Assembly: GCA_938023075.1 (NCBI GenBank)
Contig: CALHDG010000130.1
Location: 1,195-65,194, forward strand
DNA length: 64,000 bases
Direction of reading: 5' to 3'
Origin: an uncultured Chitinophagales bacterium
GTDB taxonomy: Bacteria; Bacteroidota; Bacteroidia; Chitinophagales; JAHDHT01
Shown here: positions 9,480-19,031 of the stretch, piece by piece
Numbering within the stretch: position 1 is the stretch's first letter
Layout of the letters: every line of letters starts with the position of its first letter
Position numbers and translations under genes: made by a program
The notes under the pieces: generated by a model
What the model was told of the DNA's origin: nothing
The model's database searches: none
What the model saw: only the letters and a program-made list of their open reading frames with translations

Positions 9480-9941
9480 ATGGAGATTATATTAAAAGTC
9501 GGATATCTTCTTGTATTACCAACTTAAGTTTCGGCAGTAGTATTTATTTCATAATAACTTGAATATAAATTATTTATGGAAATTGAACTTCTCAATAAGG
9601 TTAAGTTAACTTAATTCAAAATATATGGCATAAAATCATCCAAGTGAACCTGTTCACTTGTTGTTGTAAAGTGGTTAAGCTTTTGTTGACACAATGGAAC
9701 AGGTTCTATTGGAATAGCAATTATTTTACTACCGAAACTTAAGTTACTAACTACAGGGCTTTTTATCTATTATTGGAGTGCCGTATTAAAAAAAATGGGA
9801 GCTTCAACAATTGAGGAACTTAATGAACAAATTGATGACATGTTAACTGAATCTGAAGCCAAAGTGATCAACTATTTCGGCATCATCACATTTATGATAA
9901 TCGGTATGATCATTTGGACATTAATAGCCATTGCCGTTTGA
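9480..9941 (+). pseudogene. Small two-TM membrane protein gene split by a MITE
   Basis: MEIILKVGYLLVLP (9480-9521) and LLTTGLFIYYW...IIWTLIAIAV* (9744-9941) are in the same frame on either side of the element. Confidence 0.6.
9522..9744 (+). mobile_element. 223-bp MITE, family A copy 1
   Basis: TIRs ACTTAAGTTTCGGCAGTAG...CTACCGAAACTTAAGT; closely similar copies at 29017 and 52850. Confidence 0.85.
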
Positions 9942-10457
9942 AAATTAGCATCAGATATAACCGAACACTATATGTTGAAATGGATCTTTTATTTTTTGAT
10001 GTATTTCCTTTTTTTAAGAATTCCATTTGGTTTTGGAAATAAAATGATAAAGCGATCCTTTAATTTTGCAAGCTTTCATGAGAAAATCATATTATTTTTG
10101 GTAATGATGGTATTCTATATTTTATCAATTTGCTGTTTTGATAAATTACCGAAACTACTAACTTGGCATGTAGAATTTCTATTTTGAAGATGTTTTTTTA
10201 TTGTTAGTCTTTGTCAAAAAATTTAAAATTCATACTATTCTGATGTCAATATAAATATCAAGCAAATGGAAACCGGAAATACGATATGCCAGCTCCTTTT
10301 ATAGATGTTAGCAAAATTGAAGCGATGAAAGGGATTAATCCTTTGGATGAAAAATAGATACTTATAAAGATACATATCAGATTAAACTTCATTTCTGAAC
10401 TTGTATTGGATTAGGTTGTTATAGGCAATTCAGTTACATTTACGGAATTAATACTTT

Positions 10458-11978
10458 ATGTCAATATCAAAAACAGAGGATGTATTTAACCTGATAAAAT
10501 CGCTGACTAAAGCCGAAAAGCGGGCGTTTAGGTTATATGCCGGTAGAATACAAGATGGGGATAATTTAAAGTATATTAAATTATTTGACATTTTAGAAAA
10601 AATGAAAAATTTGGATGAAAGCCAGATCAAACAAAAAATGGGTAAGATTGATTATACCCAATATTCAAATCTGAAAAGACATCTACACAAACAAATATTA
10701 AACAGCCTTAAACTGCTCCATAAAGAAAAACGTCCGAACCTGTTTATTCGTGAACAAATTGATTTTGCTTATGTGTTGTATGGAAAAGGTTTGTATATGC
10801 AAACGTTGAAAGTATTGGAAAAAGCAAAAAAAGCAGCTTATAAAAACCATACAGATTTTTCGTTGTTGACTATTATTGAAATGGAAAAAATGGTTCAATC
10901 GAGGCATATTACCCGAACCAAAACCGAGCCGATTACCAATTTGGTCAACGAAGCAGCACATTGTGCTAAAGCCTTATTTACACGAGTAACACTAAGTAAC
11001 ATTAGTGTTCGCTTACATCGATATTATATTTTGCATGGGCATTCGCAAAATGCCAAAGCCTATAAAAAAGTGGAAAAAGAGTTTAAAAAAGACTTAGATA
11101 AAGTAGACGTTGATAAATTAGGTATGATGGAATGTGTGTATTTGTATCAATCGTATGTTTGGTATTTTTACATTCAAAATGAATTTGAAGCCTGTAGTAC
11201 TTACGCTCAAAAATGGATTGATTTATTTAAAGCAGATGAACATATGCCAACACGAGATATCAATCTTTTTTTTAGAGGCTATCATTACTTATTAACCAGT
11301 TTATATAATTTAAAAAAGTTACCCTTGCTTAAAATTAAACTGGCAGAATTAGATACTTTTAGAAAGAGCCATTACAAAAAATTTAACCCTAATACACAAA
11401 TAATTGCTTTTTTGTATGTGCATACCGGAAGGTTAAATAAGCATTTTTTGGAAGGAACTTACCAACAAGGTTTAAAAACCATAATAAGTACGGTTGCACG
11501 AATTAAACGATATGGCAATAAATTAGATCCTCACAAAATATTGGTACTGTACTATAAAATTGCATGGATGTTTATTGCCGCCGGAAAACCACAACGCGCC
11601 GCTCGTTATTTAAATGAAATTATTTATATGCAAAGCCATAGCCTGAGAGAAGATATACAGAGCTATAGCCGTTTGCTTCATTTAATGATGCATTATGATT
11701 GTGAAGATTTTTATTTGTTGCCTCGTTTAGTAAAAGAGTATGATCGTTATTTCGAAAAAGTGAAAGAGCGCAATGCCGTTCAAATTAGAATTTTAGCCTT
11801 GTTTAAAGCCTTAGCAGATGCCCCAATTTTGGAACGAAAGGCAATATTTAATGAATATTATCATGAATTGTTAAAACTTAAAGAAGACCGCTTTGAGCAA
11901 CGGGCTTTTTTATATTTGGCTATTTTGCCTTGGCTTCAGGCAAAAATTGAACGGAAACCAATTGGAGCAGTATGGTAG
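10458..11978 (+). CDS. Conserved Bacteroidota hypothetical protein (helical/TPR-like, possible regulator)
   Basis: 506-aa ORF with N-terminal LIKSLTKAEKRAFRLYA motif, which I recall from a common Bacteroidota family. Confidence 0.7.
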   Translation: MSISKTEDVFNLIKSLTKAEKRAFRLYAGRIQDGDNLKYIKLFDILEKMKNLDESQIKQKMGKIDYTQYSNLKRHLHKQILNSLKLLHKEKRPNLFIREQIDFAYVLYGKGLYMQTLKVLEKAKKAAYKNHTDFSLLTIIEMEKMVQSRHITRTKTEPITNLVNEAAHCAKALFTRVTLSNISVRLHRYYILHGHSQNAKAYKKVEKEFKKDLDKVDVDKLGMMECVYLYQSYVWYFYIQNEFEACSTYAQKWIDLFKADEHMPTRDINLFFRGYHYLLTSLYNLKKLPLLKIKLAELDTFRKSHYKKFNPNTQIIAFLYVHTGRLNKHFLEGTYQQGLKTIISTVARIKRYGNKLDPHKILVLYYKIAWMFIAAGKPQRAARYLNEIIYMQSHSLREDIQSYSRLLHLMMHYDCEDFYLLPRLVKEYDRYFEKVKERNAVQIRILALFKALADAPILERKAIFNEYYHELLKLKEDRFEQRAFLYLAILPWLQAKIERKPIGAVW

Positions 11979-11996
11979 ATTGGATATGTAAAGAAA

Positions 11997-12025
11997 ATAT
12001 GGCACCTCAAATAGAAATGCCATAT
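11997..12025. terminator. Hairpin between convergent genes
   Basis: ATATGGCA-n13-TGCCATAT inverted repeat. Confidence 0.35.
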
Positions 12026-12047
12026 CTGAACCCAATTTACCCTAATA

Positions 12048-12383
12048 TTATTTGGTTTTCAGCATCACCATTTCGTTCATTACTATTTCTGTAATGTATC
12101 TTTTCTGCCCATCTTTGTCTTGCCAGCTTCGGGTCATTAATTTACCTTCTACCGCAATTTCGTTGCCTTTGGTTAAATAAGTTTCTACTAAGCCAGCCAG
12201 TTTGCCCCAAGCTACTAAGTTGTGCCATTGGGTTTCTTTAATCTTTTCACCCTTGTCGTTTTTATAACTTTCGGTGGTGGCTAAAGAAAATCGCGCCATT
12301 TTTTTGCCGCCGTCAAATTGCTTAATTTCTGGGTTAGCTCCGAGATTTCCAATTAACTGTACTCTGTTGCGTAATGTGTTCAT
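12048..12383 (-). CDS. ssb: Single-stranded DNA-binding protein, short paralogue lacking acidic tail
   Basis: NRVQLIGNLGANPE, FSLAT, ETQWHNLVAWGKLA, IAVEGKL; ends MLKTK. Start taken at MNTLRNRV. Confidence 0.9.
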   Translation of the reverse strand: MNTLRNRVQLIGNLGANPEIKQFDGGKKMARFSLATTESYKNDKGEKIKETQWHNLVAWGKLAGLVETYLTKGNEIAVEGKLMTRSWQDKDGQKRYITEIVMNEMVMLKTK

Positions 12384-12419
12384 GTTACTATTATTTATTT
12401 TTGATTTAATGATTTTGTG

Positions 12420-12517
12420 TAAACGATGAGGCAAAGATGATAGGATCCTGAAAAACGATTCGGTTTTTAAATATTTGTAGTCGTTTATAAGTAATTATTG
12501 TCGTTTACAAATGTTTA
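12420..12517. promoter_or_regulatory. Divergent promoter region with repeated TCGTTTA/TAAACGA motifs
   Basis: TAAACGA 12420; near-palindrome AAAAACGATTCGGTTTTT 12451-12468; TCGTTTA at 12481 and 12501; minus-strand CATCTTTG (-7-like) at 12432-12439. Confidence 0.45.
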
Positions 12518-12532
12518 TTGTATCTTAACGCA

Positions 12533-12907
12533 ATGAAAATCAATAGACAAAGAAACGTGTGTTTATTTTGTGGAGAAACGGTAAAAGGCAGAATTGACAA
12601 GAAGTTTTGTGATGATAGTTGCCGAAACAGCTACAACAACAGCGCGAATAGAGATAGTAATAACTTTATGCGACGCATCAATCGCGTACTGCGAAAAAAC
12701 CGGCGATTACTCAAAATATTCAACCCTAATGGAAAAGCGAAAGTAACCCGTGAAAAACTGTTAAGCGCCGGTTTCAATTTTAGTTATTATACCAATACTT
12801 ACCAAACGAAAGCCGGTAAACAATATCGTTTTGTATACGACCAAGGTTATTTAAAAATTGGGGAAAACTTATATGCCTTGGTCGAAAAGTTGGAGTATGT
12901 GGATTAG
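12533..12907 (+). CDS. Conserved Bacteroidota Zn-ribbon hypothetical protein
   Basis: CLFCGETVKGRIDKKFCDDSCR (CxxC...CxxxC), basic helix, GFNFSYYT. Confidence 0.8.
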   Translation: MKINRQRNVCLFCGETVKGRIDKKFCDDSCRNSYNNSANRDSNNFMRRINRVLRKNRRLLKIFNPNGKAKVTREKLLSAGFNFSYYTNTYQTKAGKQYRFVYDQGYLKIGENLYALVEKLEYVD

Positions 12908-13010
12908 GTTGGGTGCAAATGGCTGCCAGTACTCATATCGTGAAATTTACGAACAGAAAAGGTTACTACAATACCAAAAAATTACTTATTCATCACTAAA
13001 TAAAATGGTC

Positions 13011-13148
13011 TTGAAACGGGGCGAACTTGGACGGTTAACCCCGATTGCAACGGTTATGCCATTTTGAATGGATTTGAAGCGCAGGCAAATGGCATTTGAG
13101 TGGAAAGCGGGCTGCCCCTTTTTAAATACTCTTTAGGTTTCGTTTCAA
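13011..13148 (+). repeat. Structured intergenic repeat family B copy 1 (Flavo-1-like)
   Basis: Core CCCCGATTGCAACGGTTATGCCAT...ATGGCATTTGAGTGGAAAGCGGG, bounded by TTGAAACG...CGTTTCAA. Confidence 0.7.
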
Positions 13149-13249
13149 AAAAGAAGATGGTACTTTAATTGGTTTTACAACAGCAGTCGCCAATTGACAT
13201 AAGCGGCTTTGTTTTTACAATTCCCCTAATTATGCCTTAGTATTGCCTT

Positions 13250-15085
13250 ATGGCGCGGTCTCGTTTAAAATCGATAAAAGAGCAAAGTAAAACTAACTGG
13301 AAAGAATCGTTTCGGGCGCTTCAATTTATACCGGCTTTTTTTATAGAAATTAGAAAAAGTGCGAGATGGATGTTTAACATCAATGTGGGTTTCCGACTAA
13401 TTAATGCCTTAACGCCTATAGTAATTTTATGGGTAGGTAAATTAATTATAGATGAAATTGTATTACAAACAACTGTAGAAATTTCCAATTACAATACCTT
13501 GTGGAAATATGTGGCGATAGAGTTTGGTGCAGTGGTGTTGGCTGATGTAATTAATCGTGTAGTGAACTTAACCGATGGCTTGTTGGGCGATTTATATTCT
13601 AATGCTTCATCCATAAAAATTATTCGAAAAACCAATGAACTGAATATTGCTCAATTAGAAGATGCGGAATTTTATGATAAGTTAGAACGGGCGCGAACGC
13701 AAACTTCCAGCAGGGTCAATTTAATGTCGAACACCTTGTTGCAAATACAAGATGTGTTGGTGATTGTATCGTTAATTACTGGTTTAATTTACTTTGAGCC
13801 TTGGCTAATTTTATTGCTCACCTTAAGTATTATACCCTCTTTTGTTAATGAGTTAAACTTTACCTCTTCCAGATATTCTATTGCCCGAAGCTGGACTGCC
13901 GAACGCCGTGAGTTAGATTACCTGCGCTATATTGGTGCCAATGCTAAAACCATACAAGAGGTGAAGTTGTTTAGCTTAACCGATTTTTTAACCGGGCGAT
14001 TCAAAAAATTATCAGACGATTATTATAACGTAAATAAAAATTTGGCGGTGAAGCGGAGTGTTTGGGGAGCGGCTTTTAATGTGTTGGGTATTTTATCCTA
14101 TTATGGTGCTTACGTTTTAATTATTTACAGGGTGTTAACGGGCTTACTGACGCTGGGCGATTTAACTTTTCTCGCTGGTTCTTTTAGCAGTTTGAGAGGT
14201 AGATTACAAGGTACTTTTTCGAGGTTTACCCGTATTTCGGAGAGTGCCTTAAACTTAAAAGATTATTTTGATTTTCTGAACATTCCGAAAAATATTGAAA
14301 ATAAAGAAAAGATGGTATTGCCAGAAAATATTAAACAGGGTTTTGTGTTTGAACAAGTTAGTTTCGCCTATCCTGGAACAGACAAAGTGATTTTAAAAAA
14401 TATTTCTTTTCAATTAAATGTAGGTGAAAAAATGGCTTTTGTGGGTGAGAATGGAGCCGGCAAAACCACTTTAATCAAATTGATCTTACGCTTTTACGAA
14501 CCGGATACCGGAAGGATTTTATTAGATGGTATAGATATTCGCTCTTTTGATAAAGCCGCTTATCAAAAAATGTTTGGGGTTATTTTTCAAGATTTTATTA
14601 AGTACGAATTTATTGTAAAAGAAAACATTGCTATTGGCAACATTGAAGAATTGGATAACCTAACAAAAATTAATGCGGCTGCCGAAGCCAGTCTCGCCAA
14701 TCAAGTAGTAGAACAATTAAAAGAAGGCTATGCACAACAATTGGGTAAGCGTTTTACCAGAGGTACAGACCTTTCGGGTGGACAATGGCAAAAGATTGCT
14801 TTAGCCAGAGCTTATATGAAAGATGCAGCGGTGATGATTTTAGATGAACCTACGTCTGCCTTAGATGCCCGAGCCGAGTATGAAGCTTTTCAACGCTTTA
14901 TTGGATTAACTCAAGGCAAAACCAGTATTATTATTTCGCATCGGTTTAGTACCGTTCGTATGGCTAATCGAATTTTGGTTTTGAAAGATGGACAAATTTT
15001 GGAATTGGGTACACACGAAGAATTGATGAGCCGGCAACAATTGTATGCCGAGTTGTTTAGTTTACAGGCGGAGGGTTATCAGTAA
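13250..15085 (+). CDS. ABC exporter, fused permease/ATP-binding (HlyB/MsbA-like)
   Basis: TM domain; Walker A GENGAGKT; signature LSGGQWQK; Walker B MILDEPT. Confidence 0.92.
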   Translation: MARSRLKSIKEQSKTNWKESFRALQFIPAFFIEIRKSARWMFNINVGFRLINALTPIVILWVGKLIIDEIVLQTTVEISNYNTLWKYVAIEFGAVVLADVINRVVNLTDGLLGDLYSNASSIKIIRKTNELNIAQLEDAEFYDKLERARTQTSSRVNLMSNTLLQIQDVLVIVSLITGLIYFEPWLILLLTLSIIPSFVNELNFTSSRYSIARSWTAERRELDYLRYIGANAKTIQEVKLFSLTDFLTGRFKKLSDDYYNVNKNLAVKRSVWGAAFNVLGILSYYGAYVLIIYRVLTGLLTLGDLTFLAGSFSSLRGRLQGTFSRFTRISESALNLKDYFDFLNIPKNIENKEKMVLPENIKQGFVFEQVSFAYPGTDKVILKNISFQLNVGEKMAFVGENGAGKTTLIKLILRFYEPDTGRILLDGIDIRSFDKAAYQKMFGVIFQDFIKYEFIVKENIAIGNIEELDNLTKINAAAEASLANQVVEQLKEGYAQQLGKRFTRGTDLSGGQWQKIALARAYMKDAAVMILDEPTSALDARAEYEAFQRFIGLTQGKTSIIISHRFSTVRMANRILVLKDGQILELGTHEELMSRQQLYAELFSLQAEGYQ

Positions 15086-15206
15086 GGTGAATCTTTTATT
15101 AATGTATGATTAATTATTGAATAACTTCATCATTCAGTATTCGATATTTTAAAGCAAGGAAATAAGTTATACAAACCGATAAATTATTAAAGCTTTAACA
15201 AAAAAA

Positions 15207-15746
15207 CTACCGGCAAATAATATACAACTCTGGCGAAGTAACGATGTTACTCTCATTGCCGGCATTGTCCATTATTTGAATATCATACTGTACCGTATCG
15301 GTAATGGTGTTTACTTTTTTAAAGGGTAAGCATTCGGTTTCGGTTGGGTTTTTCCATTCTAACACACACAATTCAATTAAATCGGGTACGGCAATTACAC
15401 CTGAAATATCATCGGTATTTCCGTTTTTTTTGATAGCTGGTATGGTATAAACATCGGTAAAACAGGTTCGGTTTTCGGTAATGAACAAGTTGTTTTCACC
15501 ACCATCAAAATCGCCGTTGCCGTCTTGAAAAAAGATGCTGAGTTGAAATTTTTCGGTACCACTGCTGATGCCGGTTTTGTTAAATTCTACAGCGGTTATT
15601 TCGGGTATGTCGCTGTATTTCGGCGGTTCTATGCATGATGTAAAGCAGAATAAGAATAACAAGGCAAACGCGAAGCTAAAAAATTTATAAAACACACATA
15701 TTTTATTCATCATGTTAAATGCCGATTTTTTAAATAGTTTCTTCAA
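15207..15746 (-). CDS. Hypothetical lipoprotein
   Basis: Hydrophobic stretch + FTSC lipobox; FQDGNGD motif. True start may be about 11 codons downstream. Confidence 0.65.
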   Translation of the reverse strand: MKKLFKKSAFNMMNKICVFYKFFSFAFALLFLFCFTSCIEPPKYSDIPEITAVEFNKTGISSGTEKFQLSIFFQDGNGDFDGGENNLFITENRTCFTDVYTIPAIKKNGNTDDISGVIAVPDLIELCVLEWKNPTETECLPFKKVNTITDTVQYDIQIMDNAGNESNIVTSPELYIICR

Positions 15747-16263
15747 TTAAATTAACGAAATTTTTAAATTCTTTATTTCTCAACATTTTGGTAAAGTCTA
15801 TTTCTCGTTTTTCAAATTGAATCGGTTTCTTCTTGTAACCCAATGCTTCAATTTTCTCCTGTTGATCTGCTTTATTCATTTTTGAAATATGATCTACTTT
15901 TTCCAGATGCCCATATAATAACCAAATTTCTAAAAATGGATTAACAGGAATTAAAGATACATTTTCTGTTACTCCTTGCTTTTCTAATTGTTTGTTTAGG
16001 TAATTTACATGTTGTTTTAATGGTAAATCATCAACTTCAAATATGGCAAAAATATGATCAACTCCTTTATTTAATAATGAAGAGGTAATTATTCTAAAGG
16101 ATGATGTTAATGCAGCATTTCCAGATGTAGGAATAATCACTCCTTTAATTCTATTTTTAAAATATATTTTTAATAGGTATTCAATAAAATTCGCATTGCT
16201 TGCTCCTTCTACAATAAATCCAATTAATTTCTTCGATTGTTTATTTTTATCAAATTTACTCAT
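15730..16263 (-). CDS. RloB/DUF4276-like TOPRIM-fold protein
   Basis: IGFIVEGASN, IFAIFEVDD and VNPFLEIWLL resemble RloB motifs (VCEG / VFDxD / SNPCFELWLL). Confidence 0.6.
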   Translation of the reverse strand: MSKFDKNKQSKKLIGFIVEGASNANFIEYLLKIYFKNRIKGVIIPTSGNAALTSSFRIITSSLLNKGVDHIFAIFEVDDLPLKQHVNYLNKQLEKQGVTENVSLIPVNPFLEIWLLYGHLEKVDHISKMNKADQQEKIEALGYKKKPIQFEKREIDFTKMLRNKEFKNFVNLIEETI

Positions 16264-16799
16264 TTTGCCTTATTTAACTTTTGCATTTGTAAGTGTGATA
16301 TGTATTCATATAAAGTACTCCCATACAAAGCAGCATATCTTAGTTTAACATCTAAAAGTTCATTAAAATAATGCTTGTTAGAAAAAATAAAGTCCATATC
16401 TTCTTTAGTAAACAGAATGATATTTATACTTTTCCCTTTTTCCAAAGCTTTGGGTGCATCTGTCGAAAAATTACTCATCGAAATAAATACTCCTAAAGAA
16501 CCGTCTAGTTTTCCATCTAATTTACCTTGTAATTGATAAATGCTTGATACTGATATTGCTTTGTCTTCCCATTTACATTCAAAATGAAAATATCTGTTTC
16601 TAAACTCGAACATTCCGTCTATTTGTTCTCCGGCAGCTTTATATGAATAAGAGGGATTTAAATTTTCAATCTCTAAGATTTCATTAACTAATTTTTCGAA
16701 AACAAATCCTCTTTGTATTCCTTTAATAGAACCATTTACTAAATTACCATAATCTTTTATAATATGCTTCTTTGCCCGCATAGGTCGTTGAATCAACAT
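16260..16799 (-). CDS. Mrr-like restriction endonuclease (PD-(D/E)xK)
   Basis: RGFVFEKLV, EQIDG, FECKW, GVFISMSNFSTDA, NIILF. Confidence 0.8.
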   Translation of the reverse strand: MLIQRPMRAKKHIIKDYGNLVNGSIKGIQRGFVFEKLVNEILEIENLNPSYSYKAAGEQIDGMFEFRNRYFHFECKWEDKAISVSSIYQLQGKLDGKLDGSLGVFISMSNFSTDAPKALEKGKSINIILFTKEDMDFIFSNKHYFNELLDVKLRYAALYGSTLYEYISHLQMQKLNKAK

Positions 16800-16809
16800 T
16801 CAAAGTTAA

Positions 16810-17460
16810 CTATTCCCAAACAAAAGTGTCAATCAAATGCATCATATCTTCTTTTACAAATTTTACCACCGGTGCAATGCTATCGGCATTGGGGGTATTG
16901 CTAAAATATAGGGCACCTCTTAAAAAATGACGATTGGTATCGGTTAAAAAAAACTGTACGGAAGAAGCTGCATCGCCACCAACTTCGTATATAATGCCCC
17001 CTACTTTATTCGGGTTTTCTATTTGATATTCATCAATTGACTCGGCTTTTATGGTATGTTTAAAAGTGAGTTTGTGGGCATCATCTACATATTTGGCAAA
17101 GTCGTCTTTTTGTTGAATCGTTTTATAACTTAAATGTAACACCCCTTTAAAATCGTTGAACTTGATATCCATCCAACACGGGTTTTCCACCTTTTCATTA
17201 AAAAATAAAGAATCTTGTTCAATAGAAGTATAAGCAGGATATTCAAAAGAAAAAGGACAATTATTAGAATTGGAAGTTTGGTAGGCTTTTTCGGGGAAAT
17301 TGATTTTGTGGTAGGCAACCGGTTTTGGCGTATACGAATCGTTACAAGCAGCTTGCACAATAACAAATACCGTAATGCCAAACTTTATTATCCATCCGGT
17401 AATAAAAATAAACTTGTACTTTTTTATACGTGTCCACAAATTGCTAAGTAACATGATCAT
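16810..17460 (-). CDS. gldD: Gliding motility lipoprotein GldD
   Basis: YTPKP, CPFSFEYP, LHLSYK, GDAASSVQFFLTD, HFLRGALYF; follows gldE. Confidence 0.92.
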   Translation of the reverse strand: MIMLLSNLWTRIKKYKFIFITGWIIKFGITVFVIVQAACNDSYTPKPVAYHKINFPEKAYQTSNSNNCPFSFEYPAYTSIEQDSLFFNEKVENPCWMDIKFNDFKGVLHLSYKTIQQKDDFAKYVDDAHKLTFKHTIKAESIDEYQIENPNKVGGIIYEVGGDAASSVQFFLTDTNRHFLRGALYFSNTPNADSIAPVVKFVKEDMMHLIDTFVWE

Positions 17461-18805
17461 TTTCTGCTATAGTTATTTTAACTTGCTCAATTCTATTATC
17501 ACTCACCGATAAAACGTTAAAAACAAAGTTTTCATACACAATCTCTTGATTTTGTTTTGGTAATTTTCCGGTTAGTTCTAAAATTAAGCCTGCCAGCGAA
17601 TCGGCATCTCCTTTTATTTCTTCAAAGGTGTCGTTATCAATCTCCATTACTTTTATTAAATCATTTATTAAAGTTTTGCCTTCAAAAGTATAATTGTGGT
17701 TATCTAATTTTTGATATTCTATTTCAATATTATCGTCGTATTCATCTTTAATTTCTCCCAAAACTTCTTCTAAAATATCTTCCATGGTAATTAAGCCCAT
17801 AGTGCCTCCATATTCATCAATTACAATGGCTAAATGGGTTCGTTTTTTTTGAAATTCTCTTAGCAGATCATCAATTTTTTTGGTTTCTGGTACAAAAAAT
17901 GGTTTTCGTAAGAGCTTTTGCCACTTAAAAGTTTTTTCGCGTTGCAAATATTCCAATACATCTTTAGCATATAAAATACCTTCAATATTGTCTAAGTCTT
18001 CTTTGTAAGCAGGTATTCTGGAGTAACCCGATTCAATTAACACGGCATGTACTTTGTCGAAAGGCAATTCTAAGTCTAAAGCAACCACATCCATACGGGG
18101 TTTCATAATTTGTTTGGCATTGGTGTTGCCAAAATTAATAATGCCTTTTAAAGTCCGGTTTTCATCTTTTAAATTATCGCTGTTAATAGTTAAATCGATG
18201 GCATCTTCAATTTCATCAATATCTACCTCGTTGTCTGCTCTTTGACTTAATCTGTTTTCAATTAAGGTTGTGCTGTTAACCAAAACATAGCCTAAAGGAT
18301 GGGCAATTTTAGAGAAAAAGCTTAGTGGAGTAGAAGCTAAACGGGCAACTGTTTTTGAATTACTGCGTGCAAAAATTTTAGGTATGATCTCTCCAAACAA
18401 TACCAAAATAAAGGTGATTAAAACCACATTTAATAAAAAATTAAGAATGGGGTAGGTGGAAAAATCTAATAGTTTTGTTAATGAGAAGTGCGATAAGATA
18501 ATAATAGCCACATTAAATAAATTATTGCTGATTAAAATAGTGGCTAATAAATATTTATCATCTTTTAAAAGTTGAAGAATACGTTTATCTGATTTAAGAT
18601 CGCTTTTTTCAAGATACTCTTCATCTTCCGCATTCAATGAAAAAAAAGCCACCTCTGAGCCAGATACTAAGGCAGACAAGCAAAGTAAAATTAGGATAGC
18701 CAATAAAGCAATCAGCAAGCCTCCGTTTAAGGCAGGCAGCCAAGTCGCTTCTGTTAAAAATGATAGTACTAACGGGTAATATTCTCCTTCAGGATTATTT
18801 TCCAA
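17444..18805 (-). CDS. gldE: Gliding motility-associated protein GldE (hemolysin/CBS family)
   Basis: SGSEVAFFSL, FGEIIPK, CBS pair, VIDEYGGT, CorC-like C-terminus; between ssb and gldD. Confidence 0.92.
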   Translation of the reverse strand: MENNPEGEYYPLVLSFLTEATWLPALNGGLLIALLAILILLCLSALVSGSEVAFFSLNAEDEEYLEKSDLKSDKRILQLLKDDKYLLATILISNNLFNVAIIILSHFSLTKLLDFSTYPILNFLLNVVLITFILVLFGEIIPKIFARSNSKTVARLASTPLSFFSKIAHPLGYVLVNSTTLIENRLSQRADNEVDIDEIEDAIDLTINSDNLKDENRTLKGIINFGNTNAKQIMKPRMDVVALDLELPFDKVHAVLIESGYSRIPAYKEDLDNIEGILYAKDVLEYLQREKTFKWQKLLRKPFFVPETKKIDDLLREFQKKRTHLAIVIDEYGGTMGLITMEDILEEVLGEIKDEYDDNIEIEYQKLDNHNYTFEGKTLINDLIKVMEIDNDTFEEIKGDADSLAGLILELTGKLPKQNQEIVYENFVFNVLSVSDNRIEQVKITIAENDHVT

Positions 18806-19031
18806 ATTGTTCAGGTTTTTGTTAAACCAATTGGTTTATACCAATTGGATTATTTAAATATAGCATAAGTTTTAATATTAAAACAGAAAAGATTGCCGTA
18901 AAAAAAACGGGGATTGGTTAAGTGGCATAGCAATTTTGTAGTTAAAAATTTTTTAGCTAAAAGTCGTGTATAACAAAGCATCTTAATATTAAAACTGAAA
19001 TTATAAAACATTTTATGATTAAATTGATATT

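Noticed and set aside
9972-10360. 71-aa hydrophobic ORF and downstream fragments
   Set aside because: AT-rich with no recognisable motif; possibly a gene remnant, but unsupported.
12858-13067. 69-aa ORF
   Set aside because: Overlaps the Zn-ribbon gene end and runs into repeat family B.
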